24,000 nt of DNA from Bacillota bacterium (lineage in GTDB: Bacteria; Bacillota; TC1; UBA5767), in the NCBI GenBank assembly GCA_007121025.1, contig SKMO01000184.1, positions 3,063 to 27,062 on the forward strand, written 5' to 3'. A model generated the notes under the pieces. It saw nothing but the letters and a program-made list of their open reading frames with translations, was not told the DNA's origin and searched no databases. Of the stretch, positions 1 to 7,632 are shown piece after piece. The position numbers and the translations under genes were made by a program. The first letter of the stretch is position 1. Every line of letters starts with the position of its first letter.

Positions 1-756
1 GTTCGCTGGCAGTGCAAAGAATGCAAAAAGATCACCAACGTGATGCCAAATAACGTGAGTCGACTACGTTACAACCAGAAGAAAAGCGGCCTGATGCTCG
101 AGCTGCTGCACAAGATCGTGCGCAACTGTTCGGTAACCGAGATCTGTGACACTCTGCAGATCAATCCGAAGACGTATTACCACAAACTGAAACTGTTGGC
201 GGGTCAGCTGGAACAGATGAAAGACCAGGCGGAGAGAGAACACTTCCCGGAGCTGATCCAGACTGAACTCTCTCTGGACTGCCGGCTGCAGATCCGGGAG
301 GTCCAAAATCGCAGATCGGCACTGGTGATCAGTGTCGATCCGGCAACGGGGTACGTCTACCGGGCCGACTACCGGGGGTCGATGAAGGACACCCGGGAGT
401 TTTGGAACCAGATCCTGCCAGCCCATTTTTACCTGATCCGCAACCAGACCGGCGCCGGTCGTGTCCGGATGGTTCCGGGAAGCGATCAGGAAGGTATCCT
501 CCGTGCACTGGAAAGGACAGCATGGTCCTTCCGGACGGGTGAGAAGGATACCGCGGGGGAAACCCTGAGCGCCTGTTTGGCGCCCCGGCTGGAGTCGGCT
601 GCCGATAAGTACATCCCTTATTATCTGGGAATATACATGTATGTTTACAACTTTGCCCCGGAGTTTCTTGGTGGGGCTGCAATGGACGGTCCCAGTCCGG
701 GAACCCTCTATGGGTTTGGGAATCGGGATCTGCAATGCAAACTGGAAGAAGCCTGA
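1..756 (+). CDS. Zinc-ribbon + HTH protein, transposase-like; 5' end cut by window edge
   Basis: Frame 1 is open from base 1: VRWQCKECKKITNV precedes the first Met at 40, so the ORF continues upstream. It shows a CxxC half zinc ribbon and then an HTH-like stretch (SVTEICDTLQINPKTYYHKL). The C-terminal KYIPYYLGIYMYVYNF resembles, from memory, the YLxEFxFRYN tail of IS1595/ISXO2-type transposases. GC-rich third codon positions support coding. No DDE triad was recognised, so the family call is weak. Confidence 0.5.
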   Translation, partial: VRWQCKECKKITNVMPNNVSRLRYNQKKSGLMLELLHKIVRNCSVTEICDTLQINPKTYYHKLKLLAGQLEQMKDQAEREHFPELIQTELSLDCRLQIREVQNRRSALVISVDPATGYVYRADYRGSMKDTREFWNQILPAHFYLIRNQTGAGRVRMVPGSDQEGILRALERTAWSFRTGEKDTAGETLSACLAPRLESAADKYIPYYLGIYMYVYNFAPEFLGGAAMDGPSPGTLYGFGNRDLQCKLEEA

Positions 757-769
757 TCGGATTGCAAGA

Positions 770-804
770 GATAACAGACAGCATCCGTGATGCTGTCTGT
801 TATC
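770..804 (+). terminator. Perfect 16-bp stem / 3-nt loop hairpin after the upstream ORF
   Basis: GATAACAGACAGCATC-CGT-GATGCTGTCTGTTATC starts 14 nt after the stop at 756. Only a weak T-run (CCTCCTTTT, 811-819) follows, so it is not a canonical intrinsic terminator. It could instead be a mobile-element end structure. Confidence 0.5.
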
Positions 805-870
805 GTCAGTCCTCCTTTTGGACGAAGGAAAGCCCTGAGGAATGCTTTCAGTTCATTTTCAGAATTATTT

Positions 871-888
871 ACATTAATTAATCGTTAA
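871..888. repeat. Copy 1 of an 18-bp perfect direct repeat ACATTAATTAATCGTTAA
   Basis: Identical 18-mer at 871-888 and 944-961, 73 bp start to start. It contains the palindrome TTAATTAA and lies in the AT-rich region upstream of the flagellar operon leader. Confidence 0.9.
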
Positions 889-943
889 TTCCAACACATA
901 TGAAACCTGACGTGTTATATTCTTACTCGAGGAAAGAAATGCA

Positions 944-961
944 ACATTAATTAATCGTTAA
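944..961. repeat. Copy 2 of an 18-bp perfect direct repeat ACATTAATTAATCGTTAA
   Basis: Exact match to 871-888. Confidence 0.9.
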
Positions 962-1002
962 ATATTAGGAGCATGCTCTTTTTTTACTCGGATCGGTACT
1001 TT

Positions 1003-1030
1003 TAAAGTAAATGAACAGACATGTCGACAT
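1003..1030 (+). promoter_or_regulatory. Candidate sigma-28 (FliA/SigD)-type promoter, weak
   Basis: TAAA (1003-1006), a 16-nt spacer, then GTCGACAT (1023-1030). The remembered Bacillus SigD consensus is TAAA-N15-GCCGATAT, so the -10 matches 6/8 and the spacer is off by one. It overlaps a 10-bp palindrome, so other readings are possible. Confidence 0.2.
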
Positions 1031-1089
1031 CATGGGTGCAAAACGAATGACAATCAAGAAAAACCTGACACAGAGTTGAATAACCGTTG

Positions 1090-1186
1090 AAACTTTTCGA
1101 CGAAAAGGCAAACCCGGTGAAAGCCGGGGGCGCAAAACCATTGGGCCTTCGTGCAGTCTGCACATGGCAGCCGGTTACCGAAAGAA
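1090..1186 (+). promoter_or_regulatory. c-di-GMP-I (GEMM-I) riboswitch aptamer in the flgB leader
   Basis: GGCAAACC (1107-1114) is followed by a P2 helix CCCGG/CCGGG capped by GAAA (1119-1122). GGGGCGCAAAACC (1127-1139) and GGTTACCGAAAG (1173-1184) follow. These match the Vc2 aptamer blocks GGCAAACC..GAAA..GGGACGCAAAGCC..GGUUACCGAUGG. A P1 candidate is CTTTTCG (1093-1099) with CGAAAG (1179-1184). A U-rich tract lies at 1190-1202. Confidence 0.85.
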
Positions 1187-1257
1187 GAGTTTTTTGTTGT
1201 TTATAAACGGGTATGGACAGAGAACACTGGGGGAAGGATGCGGAAGGAGGTTTGCGG

Positions 1258-1644
1258 ATGATACGAAACGACGGAACGTATGCGCTTCTTGTCAAGGCAC
1301 TGGAAGGGACTCAAAAACGCCAGGAGGCCATGGCCAGCAATCTGGCCAACGTGAACACCCGGGATTTCAAGGCCAACCGGGTGTCCTTTGAAGAGGAGAT
1401 GCGGCGGATCGTAGAACGAAACCGCTCCGCGGGTACCAACCGGACGCTGGTTCGGGATCTGGAGAAGATGGAGATCCAAACGGAAAAGGACACCATGTCC
1501 CGGATGAACAATGACGGGAACAACGTGGATGTGGACCGGGAGATGAGCAACATGGCGGCCAATCAGATTTTCCACAACGCTCTGGTGCAGCAGTTAAACA
1601 CCAAATACCAGATGATCCGGATGGTCATCAGTGACGGGAGGTAA
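1258..1644 (+). CDS. flgB: Flagellar basal-body rod protein FlgB
   Basis: Rod-family N-terminus (QEAMASNLANVNTRDFK), about 128 aa, first gene of the operon. A strong SD GGAAGGAGG (1242-1250) precedes ATG 1258. The track start at 1213 has no SD. Confidence 0.9.
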   Translation: MIRNDGTYALLVKALEGTQKRQEAMASNLANVNTRDFKANRVSFEEEMRRIVERNRSAGTNRTLVRDLEKMEIQTEKDTMSRMNNDGNNVDVDREMSNMAANQIFHNALVQQLNTKYQMIRMVISDGR

Positions 1645-1650
1645 CGGTTT

Positions 1651-2082
1651 GTGAGCATTTTTCGTTCCATGTCCATCAACACCAGCGGGCTGACCGCCGA
1701 ACGGCTGCGGATGGACACCATTTCATCGAACATCGCCAATGCGGGAACCACCCGGACGGAAGACGGAGGGCCATACCGGCGCAAGGTGGCCGTCTTTGAA
1801 GAACACGTCCGCCGGGAGATGGATCAGATCTCCGGGAGAAGGCGGGATGTGAGCAGCGGGATCAGGGCCGTGGGCATTCTCGATGACCCGGATCCCCTGC
1901 CCAGGGTGTACGATCCCTCACATCCGGATGCCGATGAGTTTGGGTATGTGGAGATGCCAAACGTTAATCTGTTGACGGAGATGATTGACATGATGGCCTC
2001 CCGCCGGGCGTATGAGGCCAATGTGACAGCACTGAACACCAGCAAATCCATCTTAATGAAGACCCTGGAAATCGGACGGTAG
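1651..2082 (+). CDS. flgC: Flagellar basal-body rod protein FlgC
   Basis: MSIFRSMSINTSGLTAERLRMDTISSNIANAGTTRT and the C-terminal VNLLTEMIDMMASRRAYEANV are classic FlgC motifs. The GTG start is preceded by GGGAGG. Confidence 0.95.
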   Translation: MSIFRSMSINTSGLTAERLRMDTISSNIANAGTTRTEDGGPYRRKVAVFEEHVRREMDQISGRRRDVSSGIRAVGILDDPDPLPRVYDPSHPDADEFGYVEMPNVNLLTEMIDMMASRRAYEANVTALNTSKSILMKTLEIGR

Positions 2083-2102
2083 TCGTCGAAGGAGGATAAA
2101 CC

Positions 2103-2396
2103 ATGAAAGTTACTCAGATCGGCGCGGAACTGACCCGCCTGACCGCTCGGCCGGCTCCGGAAGCGGCCCCCGGAGGCAGCAGTTTTGGCGAACTGCTCAG
2201 CCGGCAGCTGAATCAGATCGAGACCAGCCAGAACCGGGCGGACCAGATGACCCAGGATCTGATCACCGGGAAGACCGAAGATCTACACGCGGTCCTGGTG
2301 GCCGCAGAGGAAGCCCGAATTACCCTGGAAATGTCCCTGCAGATCCGCAACAAGGCCATTGAGGCGTACAAGGAAATCACCAATATGCAACTGTAG
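2103..2396 (+). CDS. fliE: Flagellar hook-basal body complex protein FliE
   Basis: 97 aa with a FliE-type C-terminus (LHAVLVAAEEARITLEMSLQIRNKAIEAYKEI). SD is GAAGGAGG. It sits between flgC and fliF. Confidence 0.9.
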   Translation: MKVTQIGAELTRLTARPAPEAAPGGSSFGELLSRQLNQIETSQNRADQMTQDLITGKTEDLHAVLVAAEEARITLEMSLQIRNKAIEAYKEITNMQL

Positions 2397-2411
2397 GCGA
2401 GGAGAAAATCA

Positions 2412-4013
2412 ATGGGTCAAATGGCTGTTCAGCTCGACAAGATCAAGGAAAAACTGAATACGGTGAGCGCAGGCCAGAAAAAGCTGGCGGCCGGACTCCT
2501 GGCATCTGTCATTATTTTTACGGTTTTATATGTGGTGCTGGTCCGCCAGGTGACTTATGGAGTGTTGTTCACCAATCTGGAACTGGCCCACTCGGCCAGC
2601 ATTGTGGAGGAAATCGATCGTATCGGAAACGTTCGTTACCGTGTGGAAGACGGCGGTCAGACCATCCTGGTGGATGAGAAGGAAATGACCAACCTGCGCC
2701 TGCGCCTGGCCATGACCGGGGATCTGTTGGACGGTACGGCCGGTTATGAGCTGTTTGACAATCAGGGGCTCATGGTGACCGATCAGGACCGCCGGATCAT
2801 GTATCAGCGGGCCACCCAGGGGGAACTGGAACGGACCTACCGCTCTCTTACCGAAGTGCGGGCGGCCCGGGTGCACCTGTCCATGGCCGATGATTCCATC
2901 TTTGCCCTGAACCCCAGTGAGGCATCGGCGACGATTGTCCTGGACCTGGAACCCAACACGTCGTTGACACCGGCCCAAATCGAGGGAATTGTCTCTCTGG
3001 CCTCCGGAGCGGTGAAAGATCTTCCCCGGGAGAACGTCAAGGTGCTCGACAGCCGGGCCAATCTCCTGAGTGCAGTGCTGCACATTGATCAGGGGACTAC
3101 GGGCGCGGCCCTGGTGGATGAACGCCAGCGGATCATAGACAGTTACGAGCGGCGGATTGCCGAAAACCTGACCGGACTGCTGGAAACGACCTTTGGCCGG
3201 AACAAAGTGGTGGTCAGTGTACTGGCGGACATTGATTTTGACAGTGAAGAGCGCTACCAGGTGGTCTTTGATGAAAATCCGGTGGTTCGACAGCGGGAAG
3301 AACTCTACGAGGGTGGTGGCATCGCAGACGCGCTGTCTGCCGGGCCCCTGGACAACAATGTGCAGAACCTGATCCTGGAAACGGAAGACGGCGTGGTGGA
3401 TCGTTATGAAGCCTTTACCGATTACGAAGTGGGCCGGACGGAGATATCCACGGTCAAGGCAGTGGGGCTTTTGCAGCGTCTGAACATTTCGGTGGTCTAT
3501 GATGGGGCGCTGAGCGGAGATATGCTGGGCCGCATGGAACGGATCGTCACTTCGGCTGCGGGGATTGACCTGGAGCGGGGAGACCAGATCAACATCGATG
3601 GGATTGCCTTTGACCGCACATATGAAGAGGAACTGGCCCGGGAAATGGAAGAAGCCAGGCGTCATCAGGAAGCCTCTGAGAAGATCTTTGGACTTGACCG
3701 AAGCCTGGTGTCCAGTATTGTGGGCGCTCTGGGAGCGCTGATTCTTCTGGTGATCGGGATGGCCCTGTGGGCCGGACGGCGAAAAAACCGTCGCAGGGAT
3801 GCAGATCTGGCGGCTGCCCGGACCCGGGCGCAGCAGCGGGTCAACCGGACGGATGAAGATGCGGAGGGGGACGGCTACGATGAGGACGACGGGATCCCCA
3901 GCCTGGAGACCCCGTTGGATGACACCCAAAAGGCAGACCGGGCCGTGAAAAAATACGCGAAAGACCACCCGGCGGAAATGGCCGAACTGCTGAAATCCTG
4001 GATCAAGGAATAG
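2412..4013 (+). CDS. fliF: Flagellar M-ring protein FliF
   Basis: 533 aa with an N-terminal TM (LAAGLLASVIIFTVLYVVL) and a C-proximal TM (VSSIVGALGALILLVIGMALW). It has a long periplasmic ring region and an acidic cytoplasmic tail. Its position is between fliE and fliG. Confidence 0.93.
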   Translation: MGQMAVQLDKIKEKLNTVSAGQKKLAAGLLASVIIFTVLYVVLVRQVTYGVLFTNLELAHSASIVEEIDRIGNVRYRVEDGGQTILVDEKEMTNLRLRLAMTGDLLDGTAGYELFDNQGLMVTDQDRRIMYQRATQGELERTYRSLTEVRAARVHLSMADDSIFALNPSEASATIVLDLEPNTSLTPAQIEGIVSLASGAVKDLPRENVKVLDSRANLLSAVLHIDQGTTGAALVDERQRIIDSYERRIAENLTGLLETTFGRNKVVVSVLADIDFDSEERYQVVFDENPVVRQREELYEGGGIADALSAGPLDNNVQNLILETEDGVVDRYEAFTDYEVGRTEISTVKAVGLLQRLNISVVYDGALSGDMLGRMERIVTSAAGIDLERGDQINIDGIAFDRTYEEELAREMEEARRHQEASEKIFGLDRSLVSSIVGALGALILLVIGMALWAGRRKNRRRDADLAAARTRAQQRVNRTDEDAEGDGYDEDDGIPSLETPLDDTQKADRAVKKYAKDHPAEMAELLKSWIKE

Positions 4014-4043
4014 TGACGACAAATGCGGAGTGAGGGATGAACC

Positions 4044-5060
4044 ATGCCGACGAGCAGCAGAAGCAATGAAGGACTCAAAAAAGCAGCCATTTTGCTGATC
4101 AGTCTGGGTCCGGACATTTCATCGAATATTCTGAAACAGTTTCCGGACAAGATGATTCAGAAGGTCACCTATGAGATTGCCAACATGGATTACGTTGAGC
4201 CCCATATGAAAGACAAGGTCAACGAGGAGTTCATGGCCACGGTGGCGGCCAAGAAGTATGTGCTTGACGGCGGAATGGATTACGCCCGGAATCTGCTGCA
4301 CAAGGCACTGGGGTCCCAGCGGGCACAGACCGTTATGGATACGCTGACGGAACTGACCCATCTGGAAAAGCCATTTTCCATTGCCAGGAAAGCGGACCCC
4401 CAGCAGATGGTCAACATGCTGGTCAACGAGCATCCGCAGACAGTGGCTCTGATCCTGTGTTACCTGCAACCGGAAAAGGCGGCTCAGGTTCTGTCTGAGA
4501 TGCCGGAGCGCATGCAGGCGGACGTGGCAGAACGGATTGCCACCATTAAACGCACCAGCCCGGCGGTCATCAAGCGGATCGAGAAGGTTCTCGAGGACAA
4601 GCTGTCCAATGTGATCGACAGCGATCTGGAGGCAGTGGGCGGGGTGAAGTCACTGGTGGAAATCCTGAACGCCGCCGACAGGGGCACAGAAAAAAACATC
4701 ATCGATGAGTTGGAAAAGGATCAACCGGAGCTTGCCGAACAGATCCGGGCCAGCCTGTTTGTCTTTGAGGACATCGTCACACTGGACCGGGCAGCCATAC
4801 AGCGGGTACTGCGGGAAGTGTCCAACGAAGATCTGGCCCTGGCCCTCAAGGGTGCCTCCGGCGAGGTGTCCGGCATGATTTTTGGAAACATTTCCAAGCG
4901 TGCGGCCGAAACCCTCAAAGAGGACATTGAGTTTCTCGGTCCGGTCCGCCTCAGTGCGGTGGAAGAAGCACAGAAAAAAATCGTCGGGCATGTCCGCCGT
5001 CTCGAGGAAGCCGGAGAGATCATGATAGGAAGGTCGGATGAAGATGCCATCATCGTTTAA
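4044..5060 (+). CDS. fliG: Flagellar motor switch protein FliG
   Basis: 338 aa with N-terminal GLKKAAILLISLGPD, the hallmark LFVFEDI motif and a C-terminal torque-domain-like region. SD is GAGGGA. Confidence 0.95.
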   Translation: MPTSSRSNEGLKKAAILLISLGPDISSNILKQFPDKMIQKVTYEIANMDYVEPHMKDKVNEEFMATVAAKKYVLDGGMDYARNLLHKALGSQRAQTVMDTLTELTHLEKPFSIARKADPQQMVNMLVNEHPQTVALILCYLQPEKAAQVLSEMPERMQADVAERIATIKRTSPAVIKRIEKVLEDKLSNVIDSDLEAVGGVKSLVEILNAADRGTEKNIIDELEKDQPELAEQIRASLFVFEDIVTLDRAAIQRVLREVSNEDLALALKGASGEVSGMIFGNISKRAAETLKEDIEFLGPVRLSAVEEAQKKIVGHVRRLEEAGEIMIGRSDEDAIIV

Positions 5061-5835
5061 GGTGATCAAACAGTGCAACATCGGGTCTGTGGAGGATTTT
5101 CATTTTCCAGCCCCGCAGATGCCCCGGTGTGCACCACAACAGGCACATGAAAAGACCGCAGACGGGATCCGCAGTAAGACCCGTCCGGACAGGGAGACAC
5201 TGCACCGGGAGGCTGAACACGCCCGGCTGGAGGCAGAAAAACTGCTGGAGGAAGCCCGCCAGGAACGAGACCGGATTCTGAGCCGGGCTGAAGCAGAAGC
5301 AGAAAACCTGCGCCGGGCGGCCTATTCGATGGGCAAAGAGCAGGGACGTCAGGAAGCGCTTCTTGAAACCCGGGTGGAAATCAGCGGGTGGAAGCGCGAG
5401 CTTGACGGAGAGGTTGCCCGGCTGCTCCAGCAGACAGATGCGCTGTTTGGGCGGATGGAAGAAAGTTATGAGGAAGACCTGATCCGTTTGGCGGCTGCTG
5501 TTGCCGGGACCTACATTGACCGGACCGGGCAACCGGAAGATCTGGTGGAACAGATCCGCCGGGTGCTGGAAGAACTTCTTGGGGTTCGGGCCATCACCAT
5601 TCGGGTAAATCTGTCGGATTACGAAGCCCTGACCGGGGCGCTGCAAATTTTTCAGGAGCAGTGTCCTGACAGCCGGTTTTACCTGATCAAAGACCCTAAG
5701 CTGGCAGACGGTGAATTTGTCTGTGAGACCGATCAGAAGACCTTGGTGTTTTCCGCCGCCCGGCAGCTGGAAGAGCTGGCCGAGGAACTGGTGGAGCTGC
5801 AACGGAAGGGACAGTTCCATGCTGAACACGAATGA
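5038..5835 (+). CDS. fliH: Flagellar assembly protein FliH
   Basis: E/A/R-rich coiled-coil segment (EAEKLLEEARQERDRILSRAEAEAENLRRAA) of FliH/YscL type. It lies between fliG and fliI and overlaps the fliG end by 23 nt. SD is GGAAGG. Confidence 0.8.
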   Translation: MKMPSSFKVIKQCNIGSVEDFHFPAPQMPRCAPQQAHEKTADGIRSKTRPDRETLHREAEHARLEAEKLLEEARQERDRILSRAEAEAENLRRAAYSMGKEQGRQEALLETRVEISGWKRELDGEVARLLQQTDALFGRMEESYEEDLIRLAAAVAGTYIDRTGQPEDLVEQIRRVLEELLGVRAITIRVNLSDYEALTGALQIFQEQCPDSRFYLIKDPKLADGEFVCETDQKTLVFSAARQLEELAEELVELQRKGQFHAEHE

Positions 5836-7147
5836 CCTGGTTCGGATGGTCGAACACCGCAAGCCCCATCGCTGGGCCGGCAAAGTGGACAAGGTGATCG
5901 GCCTGACGGTGGAAGTGAAAGCCATTCAGGCGTTTGTCGGAGAAATTTGCCGGATTCAACGCCAGGATGGACAGACGATCAGCGCAGAGGTGGTTGGCTT
6001 CCGGGGAGACAGCGTGATTCTGATGCCCCTGGGGGACTTAAGCGGGGTCATGACCGGATGCCTGGTCTATCCCACCGGGAAGTCCTTCCGGGTAGGAGTG
6101 GGACCCCGGATGCTGGGGACCGTTCTGGACGGTCTGGGCCGGCCAATGGACGGTTCGCAGATCAGCAACCGGGATGAAGCGGATATTGCCCGGGAGGCGC
6201 CCAACCCACTGAAACGCAAAAAGATCGACCGGGTGCTCAGTACCGGGATCAAGGCCATTGATGGCTTCTTAACCTGCGGACAGGGCCAGCGGATTGGCGT
6301 GTTTGCCGGTTCGGGGGTCGGGAAAAGCACCTTGCTGGGGATGATCAGCCGCTACAGTACGGCAGATGTCAATGTGATCGCTCTCATTGGTGAGCGGGGT
6401 CGGGAGGTCCGGGACTTCATTGAGAAGGATCTGGGTCCGGAGGGTCTGAAGAAATCGGTTCTCGTTTGCGCCACATCGGACCAGCCCCCACTGATTCGTC
6501 TGAAAGGGGCGTTTGTGGCCACGGCCATTGCCGAGTACTTCCGGGATCAGGGGAAAAGCGTCATGCTGATGATGGACTCGGTGACCCGGTTTGCCATGGC
6601 CCAGCGGGAAGTGGGACTGGCAGCCGGTGAACCGCCGGCCACCAAGGGCTATACCCCGTCGGTGTTTGCTCTCCTGCCAAAACTCCTGGAACGAAGTGGT
6701 GCGGGAGAACGGGGCACCATCACCGCGTTTTACACGGTTCTGGTGGAAGGCGATGACATGAATGAACCGATCGCCGATGCCGTTCGGGGAATCCTGGACG
6801 GGCACATCGTGCTGACCAGGGACCTGGCCGCGAAAAACCATTATCCGGCCATCGACATCCGGCACAGCGTGAGCCGCCTGATGACTGAACTGGTGGGAAG
6901 CGATCACCAGAAAGCCACCGGTGAGCTGCGGGAATCCATGAGCATTTTCCAGGAAGCGGAGGATCTGATTAACGTGGGAGCCTACAAGCGGGGCACCAAT
7001 CCCCGGATTGACCGGGCGGTCGAGATGAAACCGCGTATCGACGGACTTTTGCGTCAGGGGATGCATGAACAATTTGATTACGATCAAACCCTTCAACTTT
7101 TGCACCGACTGACCGATAAAGAGGATGAGGTGGGAGCGAATGAATAA
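5819..7147 (+). CDS. fliI: Flagellum-specific ATPase FliI
   Basis: Walker A GSGVGKST, Walker B region VMLMMDSVTR and an F1/T3SS ATPase-like core. ATG 5819 (MLNTNDLVRMVE...) has the SD GGAAGGGA. The track start at 5711 lies inside fliH and adds a non-homologous extension. Confidence 0.93.
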   Translation: MLNTNDLVRMVEHRKPHRWAGKVDKVIGLTVEVKAIQAFVGEICRIQRQDGQTISAEVVGFRGDSVILMPLGDLSGVMTGCLVYPTGKSFRVGVGPRMLGTVLDGLGRPMDGSQISNRDEADIAREAPNPLKRKKIDRVLSTGIKAIDGFLTCGQGQRIGVFAGSGVGKSTLLGMISRYSTADVNVIALIGERGREVRDFIEKDLGPEGLKKSVLVCATSDQPPLIRLKGAFVATAIAEYFRDQGKSVMLMMDSVTRFAMAQREVGLAAGEPPATKGYTPSVFALLPKLLERSGAGERGTITAFYTVLVEGDDMNEPIADAVRGILDGHIVLTRDLAAKNHYPAIDIRHSVSRLMTELVGSDHQKATGELRESMSIFQEAEDLINVGAYKRGTNPRIDRAVEMKPRIDGLLRQGMHEQFDYDQTLQLLHRLTDKEDEVGANE

Positions 7148-7586
7148 GTTCAACTATTCTCTGGAAACGGTCCTGGACCACCGGAGACGAACGGAAAAGG
7201 ACATTCAGACCAAAGTGGCCCGGTTGTCCGGGGCGTACCAGAGCCATCAGGAAAAGCTGGAGTGTCAGCTGGCGGATTACCGCACACTGCTGGAAGATGC
7301 GGATCGTAAGAAAACAACCAGCATCCAGGAACTGAAACACCTGTACCATCACCAGGAGTTTCTGGCCTGTTCGTTACAGAAACAGAAGCAGCGGACTGAA
7401 GACGCACGGGTCCAGATGGAACGGGAACGGATGAATCTGGTTCAGGCCCGGATGGACACGCGGATCCTGGACAGACACCGGGAAGGGAAATACCAGTCGT
7501 TCTGCAGGGAGTTGGACCGCAAGGAACAAAACCAGATGGACGAACTGGCAACCATACGATACAGCCACAGACAGAGAGGTGAGTAG
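7140..7586 (+). CDS. fliJ: Flagellar export chaperone/stalk protein FliJ
   Basis: About 148-aa coiled-coil protein with N-terminus MNKFNYSLETVLDHRRRTEKD. It lies immediately after fliI with an 8-nt overlap. SD is GAGGTGGGAG. Confidence 0.85.
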   Translation: MNKFNYSLETVLDHRRRTEKDIQTKVARLSGAYQSHQEKLECQLADYRTLLEDADRKKTTSIQELKHLYHHQEFLACSLQKQKQRTEDARVQMERERMNLVQARMDTRILDRHREGKYQSFCRELDRKEQNQMDELATIRYSHRQRGE

Positions 7587-7632
7587 GAAACGCGACAGCA
7601 ACACAAAAATTGAATGGAAAGGAGGTGAATAA

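Noticed and set aside
967-985. GAGCATGCTC palindrome followed by T7 as an intrinsic terminator, or a 10-codon mini-ORF starting at its ATG
   Set aside because: With a realistic loop the palindrome gives only a 3-bp stem. For the mini-ORF, AGGAG lies only 1 nt from the ATG, too close to act as an SD.
1186-1257. C. difficile-style invertible flagellar switch between the riboswitch and flgB
   Set aside because: Only about 73 nt separate the aptamer from the flgB ATG, and I found no flanking inverted repeats. No recombinase gene is adjacent.
965-1391. Track ORFs 965-1165(-), 1002-1295(-) and 1164-1391(+) in the leader region
   Set aside because: They overlap the riboswitch aptamer and the flgB start. 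They have no SD, and their sequences are Arg/Gly/Cys-rich with no family resemblance. The region is better explained as a 5' UTR.
2526-4022. 498-aa reverse-strand ORF antisense to fliF
   Set aside because: It lies entirely antisense to a gene with unmistakable FliF features. The product is R/P/G/H/Q-rich with no recognisable motifs and no SD. Long stop-free antisense frames are expected in GC-rich coding DNA.
5711-5818. N-terminal extensions offered by the track for fliI (5711), flgB (1213), fliR (14554), flhG (19668) and flhB (15326)
   Set aside because: Internal starts have better SD sequences and give canonical family N-termini. The extensions overlap upstream genes or begin at TTG inside an SD.
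5050-7153. Reverse-strand ORFs of 291 aa (5050-5925) and 294 aa (6269-7153), antisense to fliH and fliI
   Set aside because: The same antisense-artefact reasoning applies. The forward strand encodes a Walker-motif ATPase and FliH.
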